A DNA stretch of 63,671 nt, the filler included, from Guillardia theta CCMP2712 (lineage: Eukaryota > Protista > Cryptophyta), in the NCBI RefSeq assembly GCF_000315625.1. It is 3 parts of 3 records of this genome, joined end to end, with 100 filler letters (N's around TTAATTAATTAA, not from the genome) between each part and the next. Parts side by side here need not be neighbours in the genome. Positions count along the whole stretch, not along the records: positions 1 to 28,336 come from NW_005434589.1; 2 more parts are not named here. The stretch is one strand, 5' to 3'. The translations under genes were made by a program, and so were the position numbers. How positions within the stretch are numbered: position 1 is the stretch's first letter; each line of letters begins with the position of its first letter. Positions 12,601 through 25,138 of this stretch are shown here, in pieces. Below the pieces are notes generated by a model. The model saw only the letters and a program-made list of their open reading frames with translations, had not been told where the DNA came from and searched no databases.

Positions 12601-14338
12601 ACCTGACGGAGTTCATCTTGCAGTCGCAGCAAGAGCTTGACCGAACAGATCATCTCACTTTCGTTGAGCTCTTCAAACGATTCAGACCCAAGTTTAGCGA
12701 GCAAACGGTGATTCGATTTCTTTCTCCTCTTCTCTACTCCTCTCCTCTCTTCCTTTCTTCTTCTCTTATCCCTCTCTTCTCAACCCTCCTCTGTCTCCTT
12801 CACTCGCCTTGTCTCCTCACCCCTCCTCCCCTCTCGTCTCCTCTCCGCTCCCTTCACATAATCGATGCATGCACCGCAGATCAAGTTCGAGATGCAGGAG
12901 GCAAACGATACAGACATCATAGTACCCGACGACTTTGACACCGTCGACGACGCTGTCAAGTATGCCGTCCTCGAGCAGGGGTGAGTGTTTGTTTCTTCCC
13001 TTGCTTGTGCAAGTGAGAGCGCCTTGTCAGAGGGAACCTTACCTCCATGTGGAAGTGGGACAACCAGGCGGGAGCGCCTGCGGACTATCCTGCTCCTCCC
13101 AAACTCTCCAGCCAGAGCAGGCTGAATCCCGACCCTCTTGTCCTGCAGGCGACAGAGGAGTACATTCGTCTCTTTTCGCGCAACATTACTGAGCTGAAGG
13201 CGTACATGGCGAGGTACAACTTCTTCGACGACGAGTTCTTCCTGCAGTACCTCAACGACACTGTTGAGAGCCGAGGCCCCTGTATCATCCCCGACCGAGC
13301 GCCGCTCGAGGTTTTCTCCCAGAGGATCTACAGCGAGGTAGGACGGGGCCGTTGGCTGAGCGTGGAATCCTGACTGCCCGGCAGCCGGTGAAGTCGGAGA
13401 TGGGGGGGCCAGACTGCCTCGTGTTGACCCGAGCGCCGCCTGGAGTGTTCTATCATCCTTCTAGCAGGGTCTTCTGCTATGCGGTCCCACGTGCTTGCTG
13501 TCTCATGCTCTACTGACGACCACTAGGGCGACTACTTCATCAAGCACAGCCTCAACGTCCCCAACCTCTGCTGGCTTGAGCTCGTGGGGCAGGGGTCGCT
13601 CAACACGCGCATCTGGGGCTTCCTTATGCTCATGGAGTACACCAAAGGCATGCTCGGGGGCCTCTTCCTGTGCTTCCCGGCCGAAGAGAACTTCGAGGCG
13701 ACGCTGCTGATCCGAGGAGGACCCTGGCGCATCCTTCACTGCGACATCAGGTCCACCATCGAGATCCCCACTGCCGCCATGGTCACCATGTGAGGACAGA
13801 CGAGCGTGTGGATGATGCTGATGCAGATGCTGATGCTGTTGACAGGGAGAAGGCGGACGTCTCAGTGGTGGAGAGCGGCATCGGAGGCCTCGAGGAGGTG
13901 AAGGTGATCCAAAAGCAGCATGCGTTCACCGGGGAGAAGGTTCCCTTCCGAGGAGAGCCCAACACGGGCCTGATCTGCTTGGACGAGTCCTGGTGCTGCC
14001 TGCTCGGCTGCACCATAGAGAACACGGGGGAGGGAGGGGCGGGCATCCGGTACAGCGAGTTCGCAGGAGGACTGATCGAGAGCTGCCTCGTGCAGTTCCA
14101 TGATGTCGGCATCATGCTGGATGGGTCTGTTCGGGTCGCCGTGTACAGCTCTCTCTTCCAGCACAACGTGCTGGGCGCCTTCTACGCAGGGCGGTGGATG
14201 CAGGAGGATGCAGAGGTGGAGCTGGTGGACAACACGATCTGCACCAACAGCATGAGCGAAGACCCGAACAAGGGCATGTGGGCGACATTCAGGAAACCTG
14301 CTAGGCTCACAGTCAGCGGCAACCGTGAGAACTGGTGA
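9620..14338 (+). CDS. large multi-exon protein with a C-terminal right-handed parallel beta-helix (pectin-lyase-like) domain
   Basis: Many short GT-AG exons. IIVPDDFDTVDDAVKYA at ~12915 is a typical beta-helix N-cap, and beta-helix rungs occur at 13520-14338. Stop at 14338; start uncertain. Confidence 0.6.
11779..11953. repeat. (CTCCT)n intronic microsatellite
   Basis: Direct reading. Confidence 0.95.
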
Positions 14339-14474
14339 GGAGAATGTTGTATTGACTTGTGATTCTTAAAGTGTGTCAAAACATTTTTATTGGATATCAT
14401 AAAGGCACTATTGCTACTACAAGTGCAAACACTCTCAATACAAGCAAACAAATTTACATATAAACTTCTCAGCC

Positions 14475-16244
14475 TTAACCGTGATAGGAGCCCGAGAAGA
14501 AGCCATTGCCAGGAGTTGGCGAGGGAGAAGCGGCCACGGCCCAGAAGAGAAGTCCAGTGATGATACCAGCAGCTGGGCAAGTCAACAACCAACCGAAGCA
14601 GATGACGCCGATGAGCTTCCAGTTGACAGCTCCGACGTCGCCGTTGCAGAGACCAACAGCAGCAGTAGCACCGGAGATGCAGTGAGTGGTGGAGACAGGA
14701 ACTCCGAGACGGGTGAAGGTCATCACAGTGAACATAGCAGCGATCTCGATACAGAAGCCGCGGGAAGGAGACTGAAGGGTCAGGCGGTTGCCAAGAGCGT
14801 CCATGATGTAGAATCCGAGGGTGATCAGACCAACATCGAGCGCGAGACCTCCGTAAACGAGGAGCCAGATGGGAACCTCGGCCTTGGTGTCAACCCTTCC
14901 GGTGCTGTAGACCATCCAGACAGTTGCAAAGGGAGCGATGGCGTTGGCCATGTCATTAGCACCGTGAGCAAGGGAGAAGAAGCAGCAGGTGGTGAGCTGG
15001 AGCATCTTGAACATGTTCTCGGTCCTTGAATAAGCTTGGAAGGCCTTGGCGTGCATTGCCGCATCCTCCTCTCGAAGAGCTCCAACATCCATGAAGAATC
15101 CAGGCAGAAGACGCTTGCCCCACTTGATGTAGCCAGGATCGTCCTCGCGGATCTCTTCCTGCTTGATGACCGAGCCGAACCCGAAAGCACTTCCAGTGAC
15201 CTGCATCGGCATGCCATTCTGAGACATCACATAAGGCATCTGCATGCCTGGCTGCATCATGGGCATTCCAGGCTGCAAGGAGTTGTTGTAAACCATCATT
15301 GGCTGCTGCATGGAAGGATCGAAATTCTGCCCTGCTTCCATGCTGCCCTTCTTGTCCTCAGGTGGAGTGTCTTCAACGTATCCCATCTCGCCCTTGGGGA
15401 TGGTGAAGTGATAGAAGAGAGTGTACCAGGGCAGGTTCTCTCCATCGAGAACCCAACGCTTGACCCATGGCTGCACGAAGATAATTGAGAAGATGGCAAA
15501 GAAAATTCCAACGGCAAACGAGACGGGAACAGTGATGCTGTAGGAGGTCTTGTGCAAAGCAGGGATACCGGCGATGAAGAAGAAGCCGGAAACGGTTCCG
15601 AAGGCAAAGAAGAAGTAGATGGGCAACATCGCGATACCGCGACGAGCCGCAACTTCGTCAGGATGCTTCAACACAAGGTACTTGGTTGCCAAATAGATGA
15701 TGGCAGCCAACACTCCAGTAAGGGCAGGAGAGACGAACCAGGAGGCGATGACTGCGCCGAATCCAGTCCATCCCCAGTTGACTCCACTTGGTCCAAAGGC
15801 AGCAATTCCGATGCCAAGAATGGCTCCAATGACCGAATGAGTGGTTGATACAGGCATGGAAAGGATGGTAGCGACCAGAACCCATGTGCCTCCACCAAGA
15901 TTCACGCAGTTCATTCCCAGGCACAGGATGTAAGGATCGTTGACGAACCAGGAAACCTGAATCATCTTCTTGCGAACAGCATCGGTCACTGTGCTTCCGA
16001 GTCCAACGACTCCACAAAACTCGAAGATGCATGCAATCATAACTGCTGAGCGATAAGAAAGGGTCTTCGCAGACACGGCGTTGGCAAACGAGTTTGCGAC
16101 GTCGTTGGCTCCGATGGTGTAGGCGTCAAGGAAAGCCCAGAAGAAGGCCCAGGTGATGAGACCCTTGTACAACCAAGGAACACCAACCTCAGGACTGTCA
16201 ACCATGGTGGCGGCAGCGGCAGAAATGGATGCCATGAGCATCAT
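14475..16244 (-). CDS. PiT/PHO4-family (SLC20-like) inorganic phosphate transporter, no introns in the conserved region
   Basis: Both family signatures are present (IGANDVANSFA, HGANDMANAIAP), plus PVSTTHS/PVSTTHC and multiple TM segments. Start is probably ATG 16244 or 16235. Confidence 0.95.
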   Translation of the reverse strand: MMLMASISAAAATMVDSPEVGVPWLYKGLITWAFFWAFLDAYTIGANDVANSFANAVSAKTLSYRSAVMIACIFEFCGVVGLGSTVTDAVRKKMIQVSWFVNDPYILCLGMNCVNLGGGTWVLVATILSMPVSTTHSVIGAILGIGIAAFGPSGVNWGWTGFGAVIASWFVSPALTGVLAAIIYLATKYLVLKHPDEVAARRGIAMLPIYFFFAFGTVSGFFFIAGIPALHKTSYSITVPVSFAVGIFFAIFSIIFVQPWVKRWVLDGENLPWYTLFYHFTIPKGEMGYVEDTPPEDKKGSMEAGQNFDPSMQQPMMVYNNSLQPGMPMMQPGMQMPYVMSQNGMPMQVTGSAFGFGSVIKQEEIREDDPGYIKWGKRLLPGFFMDVGALREEDAAMHAKAFQAYSRTENMFKMLQLTTCCFFSLAHGANDMANAIAPFATVWMVYSTGRVDTKAEVPIWLLVYGGLALDVGLITLGFYIMDALGNRLTLQSPSRGFCIEIAAMFTVMTFTRLGVPVSTTHCISGATAAVGLCNGDVGAVNWKLIGVICFGWLLTCPAAGIITGLLFWAVAASPSPTPGNGFFSGSYHG

Positions 16245-18759
16245 GTAAGGTAACATACCTCTGATGGACATGAATGACCTGTACGCATGAACAAGATCAG
16301 TAAGATACAACAAATGAATGAATGCTGAGCTCACTTCATGTCGTGGAAAACAACCAGTACGCGTCAACACAGACGAGGGGATGGAACTGTTCCCAGAGCG
16401 TGGGAGGGAAGGCAAGGTGGCTGTAGGATGGATGCTCACGGCGAGTGGACAGAAGATAAAGGAGGTCTGCTCTTCGGGAAGGGTGCAGGGTGGGGTGGGG
16501 TGGGGTGGGAGGGAGGGGGTGTGAACCATCAGGAGGGGTGGAATGGGGGCGGCATGAGCAAGGGGCGTAGGAAGAAGGTATCCCTGTAATGTGTTGAGAA
16601 AAGGGGTGGGGTCATCAAGATTGATGATGTTTCCGGTCAGTGGTATGGGTGGCATTGTCCCACTAGGGGTACTCACTCACTGCAGGGCGTTGTGAAGGGA
16701 TGTAGTGTGGACAAGGTTGACCACATTCAGAAGGTGACTCAAGGTTGACAATTTCTCAAGTCTTCTGATAGTCCCAAAGCCCTATGTGAGAGTACTCCCG
16801 CAATTCCCCCCCCACCTATCAAGCTTCCATGAGGAAACAGGGGGTATCGAGAATTGGGGTGGGTTAAGGTGACTCCCTGTGCCCTTAGTGAGCACGACCC
16901 CAGATAAACATCACTCCCTACCCCACTTTGCTCTTTCACTGAAAGACCAGGAAAAAAACATTTTAAATATATATTGAGCACTAATCGATCTCTGGGACCC
17001 TTGATCAATATACACATATCTATTTCACCCATGCACAGTTGAAAATAAAGACAGACATTTAATCATTACTGATATACTTCATGGAAATCGGCCATTTAAT
17101 GGAAATGTAAAAGTGAAAGGCCTCAGTTCATTCGAAAAAAACAAATGCCAGAACACTTCCTTTCAGAAATTCTTTTTAATATATAAATATTTTGAACAAC
17201 GTCCCTCCATGTTAACGTATTTCTGACAAGGGGTTGATCCACCCCATGTAAGTCCATAATCACCCCTACCCCCCAGCACATTTTGTCCTAACCCCTACCA
17301 CTTCTTGTCACTAACCCCCACCCTATCCAAATGACCACCATTGCACCAATGACCAGTAATGTCGCTGCAATGACTATGATGACCCTGACCTCAAAATTAG
17401 GCTTGTTCTGGGCAAAACACCGGTTCTCAAACCACCCACCCTTTTCTTTTTCGTCAACGCCGCGTCTCCCCATTCATCTTACCCTACCCTACTCCCCCTC
17501 ATTACCTACCCCTAGCACCCTATGCTTCACTTCCCTGTTCTCTACGACTATTCAAGAACCCGTTATTGAATCCTTGTAGACAGGGGTGTGAGGAATATCA
17601 CGAAAAGCTTCAGTTTCGATCCCACCATGTAACGTCCCCGAATACAACCCATCCACCCTACCCCCATCGATCCACCCCATGATTTGGATCACAACCCCCC
17701 ATCAATTTTGCATCACCCTACCCCTCAGGGCCTATCTATTGAGAAATTGAGTGCGGACCTCTCCCCCTCGCTCAGCTTCTGATCCTTTATTTTTGGCTAT
17801 AACTAACCAAGCCCCTTCTTCTCCATCCAAACTCCTGCACCACCCATATGATCTTTTGTACCCACCCCAAATCCTTGCATACCCATTTGATCAACTGATC
17901 ATACCCTACCTATCTTGAAAAGTGATTGGGCAGAGCCCTTTGTAATCTTGCAGCCTAGCAAGGAGATTTTCTCTCTACGCTTTCTAAGTAATTAGACGAT
18001 AGATCCCCTCTTTCTAACTTCAGAGAACCCCAGACACATCCCCACCCACCAATTCAGCCACTCACACGTCCGTTTTCCTGACCACCCCATCCGAGAATTC
18101 ACCACCCGTGTTTCTCTGATCGAAAGCCTGCCTAATGGGGTAGGGCAGGGAGAAAACAATGGTCTCGTCCCCCATTAAATCTCCTTCGAGCCCATCACCG
18201 GTCTTATCTAAAGAATTAAACGGGGTGGTCTGATACTAGGGTTACCGTCCCCTATCGCCCGCCTTCTAACCCTATCTTTGCATGTGCACCCCTCGTATCT
18301 ATTTCACCCCCATTTTCCTCTTCGAAAACTACCCCTCCCTTCCAATCTTGTCACTTCCCCCAGAAATACGATCGGGTAGCATATCCATTATAAACTTTCA
18401 TATCAGTAAAGATTATATCTATATTGCCTCCAGTGCAATGTGGGGACCATTCTGATACAAAAACTCACCTCACCGGTACAAATCAACTTATGAGCCAAAT
18501 AACTCAGGTTTTATATTATTATGAATTCACTGCTGCTGGAACCCTCAAACTTTTTTTTTCCTCAGAAGCCCCTGAAGGTTGAGGCTCAGTGACGGTTAAA
18601 ACTTTGAACTCGCCGGGACTCCGGGCCCGGCCGCCGCAGGGCCGGCGGCGCTCCGGGCCGGCCTCGGATCCGGGCCGGCGAGAGTGAGGACTACACGCGG
18701 CACTGCCGCACGCCGCGCGCGGCGATCGCCGGTCGGACGCCCGGCCGCGTGACTGCCAC

Positions 18760-21700
18760 GGTTGCTAAATTCGTATCACGTCCTGTGCACAAGCATTGGA
18801 TCGAGCCGACGATGTCAATTCGCTTTGGCATGTCGATTTGAAAGACATGATAACGGTCTCAGAACCATCAGGTTATAGGTATTTTCTCATAATAGTCGAT
18901 GCGTTTTCGGGGTTCATATCCGTTCGTCCTATGAAACACAAAAGTCAGACAGCCTCAATTCTCATCGAGATGCTCAGGAAGGAAGAGAAGAATGTACGGC
19001 GACATGCAGTTCAACGAATAATCTCTGATAACGGGACTGAGTTTCTTTCGTCTGAAATGGAAACATTCATTGTCAAGACAGGATTGAAGTGGGACAGAAT
19101 TCCTGAGTATAGTCAAGTACACAATTCGCTAGCCGCGCTGAAAGAGGGATAAGAGCGGTTACTACAACAAACAGAGCACTGTTGAAACAGAGTGGACTGC
19201 CTCTTGAGAAATGGGAATATTCTATTGTACAGGCAGCATACATTTACAACGCCCTCCCCAGTTACAGGAACTTTGGGAACTTGTCCCCATACACGATTTA
19301 CAACGGCGAAATGTTTAATTTTCGTTCGTTACGAACCTTTGGATGCATGGTGTTTTTCAAGAACAGTGTACGGACATCCAAGGTAGACGATCCAGCCATG
19401 CAAGGGATACTCTTAGGCAACGCAAACGCCTTTCCTGGATACACGGTGGGATATCTGGTGTGGAATATCGAAGAAGATAAAATTTATCATACGAATAATT
19501 TGACATGTGATGAATTCTTCTTTCCCTTTCGTCGTGCGTGCAGAGTTAATTGGCAAGAGGACCCTGAGGAAATTGTCAAGCACAACATTTTACAAGACAG
19601 TCATCCATTGGGAGATACACTTGTTAAGGATGAGCCTGATACGTCTGTGGTTCCCACCAAGCAGCGAGGGGGAAGAAAGCGACCCAGGACGATCGATTCA
19701 TCGGATGAGGAGGAAGTGCACGATTCTGTTCACGAGGATTCTGCTCACGAGGATTTTGTTCACGAAGATTTTGTTCACGACGATTCTGTTCACGAGGAGG
19801 CTTGGCACGATAGTGACGAGGATTATCAGCCTGATGTGCTGGTACAACGTAAAGTGGATACGGAGGATGGATGTACTGCAGAGGCGCGTCCATGTCGGAC
19901 TCGAAGAGACTTTCGTCAGCAGCGGCGAGAAGCAGAAACACGTTTCATCAATCGACGTGCGGAGGTTGTAATGGATACCGGAGAGCTGAGGCAGGGGGTT
20001 GTTACTCAAGTGGTATTCAAGAATGACGAATTTTTGGTGCGAATTACGTTTGATGATAAATATTGGGTGCTACTCAATCCTGATAGTGACAAGGTTCGAT
20101 TCCTTCCTGGCACGGCAGCTTTGATAGCAATGTCAGACACAGAGACAATATCCGTGACCTGTGTTGGATAAGGAGAAGTCAGATGTGCCAGAGGATGTTT
20201 TCGAATTGGAGGGTTGCAATGAATATTTCTTTCGAGCGTTTCCACAAAAGGGGGACAACATTCTTTCGACACTGGTGGAGAAAACAGTTCGAGGAAATCC
20301 AGATGTTTTTGTTCTGCACAGAAAATCTCCCATGTCATCTCAGTTGGTACCTGGCAAAGTCCTCAACGGCGGTGGAAAAGAGGTGTTCTTTGTGCTAGAC
20401 GAGGGCAATCGGACTGCTACTTCTCAACAATCTGCACGATGGATTCCTTTGAGACGAGAAAGGTGGAATGAACTTGTATCACTCACTGATCCAGGTGAAG
20501 ACGTCGATGTGGCATATGATCCAGAGTACATGGATCTTGGACCCAGTGAGTCAACAGAGTGTTTTCCAGACTCACGAATGCTTGTCACCAACATGGCGCT
20601 CGTGGTGCCAGTCTGGGAGGCTATAAAGTTGACGGCAGCATTTCTGTCGCGAGCTTTGCCATCCGTGCAAGATTCGAATCACATGACAGCTGATCCTAGG
20701 AATAGGAAAGAGATGTTGATGCGTCCAGACAGGGAGCTGTGGGAAGCGGCTGAACGAGCTGAAATTCACAAGATGGAGGAACGCAAGGTTTGGACCATAG
20801 TTTCAAGGGATTCTGAAGAAACACGAGGAAAAATCATAGCACGCGGCATGTGGGTGTATACAACCAAGAAAGATTTACAAGGGAAAATTCTAAAATACAA
20901 GGCGAGGCTGGTGGTAATGGGCAATCTCTTACCGACGTCGGAGGAGTTGTTTGCACCAACTACGTCGATGGATAATATCCGCTTGCTACTAAGTATCGCT
21001 GCGGGAAATAACTGGATTATCGTTTTTCGTGATATAGCGGCGGCTTTTCTCTACAGTGATCTGCTGGAACCAATGTACTTGTACCCACCTGCAATCATGG
21101 GATTGCCGCCAGACGTTCTCCTTAAGGTCATGAAAGCAATATATGGGACCAGAACGGCACCGAGGCGATGGTGGGAGAAATTTTCACGAGAGCTTAAATT
21201 CTTGGGTGCCGAGGCAGTTGGACATGATGAAATCGTCTACAAATATGAACACAACGGTTCACGACTTCTTCTTACGACATGGGTGGATGATCTTCTTATT
21301 GTGTGTGAAAATCAGGAAGTATGTGATCATTTTCTGAATCAGCTGAGCAAGGTATTTGATTTTTCTGGAAGTGAAGCAACTGGTACATTTCTTGGGATTC
21401 GTGTTCATCAAGATTTAACGAAAGGGACTATCACGCTGAGTCAGAAACATTTCATTGAACAACTTGGCAACTCATTGACAAGTTCGGAATTCCTCTGCGT
21501 TCAGTGTTTACGATCCTTCCTGGTTTGGACAAATCTGCAGTGCGGCAGTATCAAGCACTTCTTGGGACAATTCTGTATATCGCAAATGGCACAAGAGCAG
21601 ACATTGCCTTCGCTGTTAGTCTTCTGAGCAGATTTTCGAGAGCGCCCAGAGCTCGTGATTGGGAGGCGCTGCTACATCTCGCGAGGTATTTACACACTAC

Positions 21701-22289
21701 AAGAGACATTTGTATCGTTTATCACAACAGAGGAGTATTTGTGAATCACTGAAGAAATCCTTCACAATCAACTTGTGGCAGCTGACGACAGCGACTGGGG
21801 AACTTCGGAACTGATGTTTTGACAAGGAGGAGTCAATCTGGCTACGCGATTGTGATGAACGGAGGTGTAATCTCATATGGATCCAAGGCACAGAAAGTTA
21901 TCTCTTTGTCATCGTCAGAGGCAGAAATTTATGCTACCTCTGTAGTTGCCAAACACGTCAAGATGTATCGTAACTTGCTACAGAAATTGGGGTTTCCACA
22001 GTCCGGCCCGACGATGTTGCTCCTGGATAACGAGCCCTGTATCCGTTTGCTGACAGAGAAGAGAGCGTATTCTCGGTTGAAACACATCGACTTGAGGGCT
22101 AAATTTACGGTACTGATGGTAGATGAAGGGGATCTGTTACCTGTGAAGGTGCCTACAAAGTTTCAGCCTGCGGATTTGTTCACAAAGATTTTGCCATTGA
22201 CGAGGTGGAAAGCAGTGAGTTCATTTCTCTTTGGTGAAGATTTGAATTACTTTGCCTTGGGAAGTCATGGCGACGAGCTGGATGAGTGA
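18760..22289 (+). mobile_element. 5'-truncated, frameshifted Ty1/copia pol (integrase, RT, RNase H)
   Basis: Integrase WHVDLKDM/IVDAFSG/SDNGTEF; RT KYKARLVVMG, DIAAAFL, KAIYG, TWVDDLL; RNase H SSSEAEIYA, DNEPCI, KHIDLR, ADLFTK. Frameshifts or stops near 19135, 20165, 21490 and 21750-21830. Confidence 0.95.
19719..19815 (+). repeat. 15-bp coding tandem repeat (H-[ED]-D-[SF]-V pentapeptide)
   Basis: CACGAGGATTTTGTT-like units encoding HDSVHEDSAHEDFVHEDFVHDDSVHEE. Confidence 0.85.
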
Positions 22290-23019
22290 CACATCTCTGC
22301 TTACGATTATGAGTGCGTGACTCATTAGGCCCAGTGTGCAAGCTTGGGGGGTGGAACAATGTTGGAAAGGAGGATTCTTGTCAGCCAGGGTGGCGCAGTT
22401 GCAGGACATGGGGGGAAAGATTTTCTACAGAATCAAAGCAGTATGATTTCTGTCGCAACTGTGTGCTGACTGTACGGTAGTTGTAGAGACTGCCTGGAGA
22501 CAGCGCTTTGGGAGCAACTTTGAACTTCAGTGGGATTTATCCCAGCTTGAATGATACAATGGGGTTCATCGTACAGCTGGTATCAACGAGCAATCGCCTG
22601 CACCAATCTCTGATTCAGGGAGGGAGAACCTTGGAAGGAAGGTTTGATATTGAGAAGTAGAATCAGATGATTGGCATCATGGCGTGGTATCAAGCTTCTT
22701 CTCCCGAAGACTGTTCAAGCCTCGGAACTCTAGGTCAAGTCAAGCAGGTTAGGATGTGAAGCCTCCCATCATGATCGCAAGATACAAGACCTATGATCGC
22801 AAGAATTGAAATGAGAATTGAAATTGATGAAAAATCGGCCGTTGAGAAATTGAGAAATTGAAAATGAAGAGATGATTGATGGGAAAGGCAAATGAAAGAA
22901 GATCATATGGTCAATATGAGAATTGAAATGAACATGCATGCAAATGAAATCTCAAGAGCTCTCAGGTGAAATGGCGCCAGCGATTTATTAGAAGGGCCCG
23001 TAGAGCAGGATAGTTATGG

Positions 23020-23302
23020 TGATAGAACTCTCAGAAGAACCACACAACACCACCAACACTTCCTTTATTCACAGCAGTCACCTTCCCTTCAGTCCCTTGT
23101 AATCCAGTACAATGCACAGCGCGCAATGGACACGTGTCCTCCTAACCCCCTCTTCTCCGCCTGACCCTCAGGCTCGTCGATTCCTTAATTCCAGACCTAT
23201 GTCAGAACCCACTTCCGGGCCATCTCGCTGAGCTTCGTCCATCGATGAGACGCAATACCCTGAACTTCTCGCCGTCTCCAAGAACTTATCTGAGTTCTTA
23301 CA
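23020..23302 (-). repeat. 3' LTR (283 bp)
   Basis: Direct repeat of 24861-25138, with a 5-bp insertion at ~23217. Confidence 0.93.
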
Positions 23303-23488
23303 CCCTCCCTGACGAAGTTAAGCGAGATTCCCAGCTTCCTTTTCCACTTCATCCTTCATCCTCCGGGAACCCCCTTTTTAAACATCTCCCTGCTCCTCCT
23401 CCAAGCTGCAACACCGCGCTCTCCTCCTCCAAGCTGCCTGCTCTTTCCTGGATCCCAATCTCCTCCATCAAGCTCCCTGCTTCCTCCA

Positions 23489-24316
23489 TCAAGCTTCCTG
23501 CATCCTCCATGCTAGCTGCTCCCTGCGTCCTCCTGAATCGCAATCTCCTCCTCCATGCTCCAAGCTCCTTCCTGCACCCAGATCCTCCTGCACCCAGATC
23601 CTCCTCCATGTGACTCGACAGATATGACAAGGAGACGCGACAATGCGTCGATTGTAAGTCACATATCTTACTGTATCTGCAAGTAACTTCTGCACTTTAC
23701 TGTCCGGATGTCCGGTCCTCATATGCCATAAGTAAGAATCAGATAACTGTGTGGGCTTGCTAACCAAAAACCCTGTTGCATGACGATCACCAGATACCTT
23801 CGTCAGACACACTGTCCCTCTGGATTCCGCTGACACACAGAAGAACGGCGTACCGTCTTTTGCCTCATCATGATTCATCTGTCGTCTTGTGGATAACATA
23901 TACAACTTGTCCCACTGAAGCAAGGGAATATGAATCTTTCCATCCTCTGACGCCACATACGATTTGGCAGCATTTCTGGAACCTCTACCCACAATATAAT
24001 ACTTGTCACCCAGAAAATCATCCAAACTCACAAGAGGAACAGGCAGAACAGGACAAACGCGAACATGATCCAAGACAATAGTATTTAACTCACCACCAAA
24101 ATTACCGAGTTGATCGAGTGGAAACTCTCGTATCAGCGGGAACAAACACATGCCCAATCCTGTTCGATATCGATTCATTGCATTCTGAATCGGAAGCAAA
24201 CTGAGTTCATCCAATTCCTCCTGTGACGTCACAGATCCTTTGAGGAATGTGTCCAGCTGTAACTCAGGATGAGTCTTGATCAATTCTTCACTGAGGTCCA
24301 ATTTTCCTCCTCCCAT
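23489..24316 (-). pseudogene. deleted gag-pol fusion (gag N-terminus, protease C-half, pre-integrase Zn finger)
   Basis: IVLDHVRVCPVLPVPLVSLDDFLGD aligns to FVLTAMVCAETPLTICSMSQFLGD of the element at 1-1363. Homology ends after SPCHICR. Confidence 0.8.
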
Positions 24317-24370
24317 GGTAAAAGCAATGTCGAAAAATCAGTAGCAACGTTCCACACAAGAATCGACTCC

Positions 24371-24590
24371 GACCTTCCAAACTGAGCTTCCAAGCACAAG
24401 CGTAAAAAATGCAAAAAATCGAGTCCAACTTCCAAACAACGAGTCCAAAAAACAATCGAATCACCGACTCAAACAGTGACCTTCCAAACCGTCTGGCAAC
24501 TTCCTAGCACAAGCGAAAAAAATGCAAAAAATCGAGTCCAACTTCCAAACAACGAGTCCAAAAAAAATCGAATCACCGACTCAAACAGTG
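24371..24590. repeat. ~110-bp tandem duplication in the element's 5' leader
   Basis: GCACAAGCG..AAAATGCAAAAAATCGAGTCCAACTTCCAAACAACGAGTCC...TCAAACAGTGA occurs twice. Confidence 0.9.
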
Positions 24591-24860
24591 AATCTGCAAC
24601 AACGATGAACCGAACTCACTCTTTGTTCCAGTTCAGACCGTACGGTAAATCACAGTTGCGCAACAACAGTAAAAAATGAGAACTGAGAACAAAGAGAAAA
24701 TTTTCTCTTTGTAATCGAATCAACCTCCACCTCACTGGCCAGAATCTGTTTAACCCAAGATCCACCAAAGACTAACTCTCAGTACACCTGAGATCCTTAC
24801 ACCAACCTTATTCACCTCAACGATACACAGCTGTGCAGTCTCTAACACCTTTACTGATGG

Positions 24861-25138
24861 TGATAGAACTCTCAGAAGAACCACACAACACCACCAACAC
24901 TTCCTTTATTCACAGCAGTCACCTTCCCTTCAGTCCCTTGTAATCCAGTACAATGCACAGCGCGCAATGGACACGTGTCCTCCTAACCCCCTCTTCTCCG
25001 CCTGACCCTCAGGCTCGTCGATTCCTTAATTCCAGACCTATGTCAGAACCCACTTCCATCTCGCTGAGCTTCGTCCATCGATGAGACGCAATACCCTGAA
25101 CTTCTCGCCGTCTCCAAGAACTTATCTGAGTTCTTACA
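24861..25138 (-). repeat. 5' LTR (278 bp)
   Basis: Direct repeat of 23020-23302. Confidence 0.93.

Larger units (their letters stand above)
23020..25138 (-). mobile_element. internally deleted, non-autonomous copia-type LTR element (~2.1 kb)
   Basis: Paired LTRs. Minus-strand termini TGTAAGAACTC...GAGTTCTATCA. Polypurine tract AGGGAGGG at 23310-23303. Internal ORF has LWHMRTGH...CHIC. Confidence 0.92.

Noticed and set aside
16245-16676. N-terminal ~144 aa of the 733-aa PiT ORF
   Set aside because: Non-ATG start running through the ACCCC-rich upstream zone; not PiT-like.
18379-18386. P1BS-like GCATATCC upstream of PiT
   Set aside because: A single 6-informative-base match in over 2 kb is expected by chance.
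20091-20105. tRNA T-arm-like AAGGTTCGATTCCTT
   Set aside because: Lies inside the copia reading frame; no D-arm, anticodon arm or acceptor stem.
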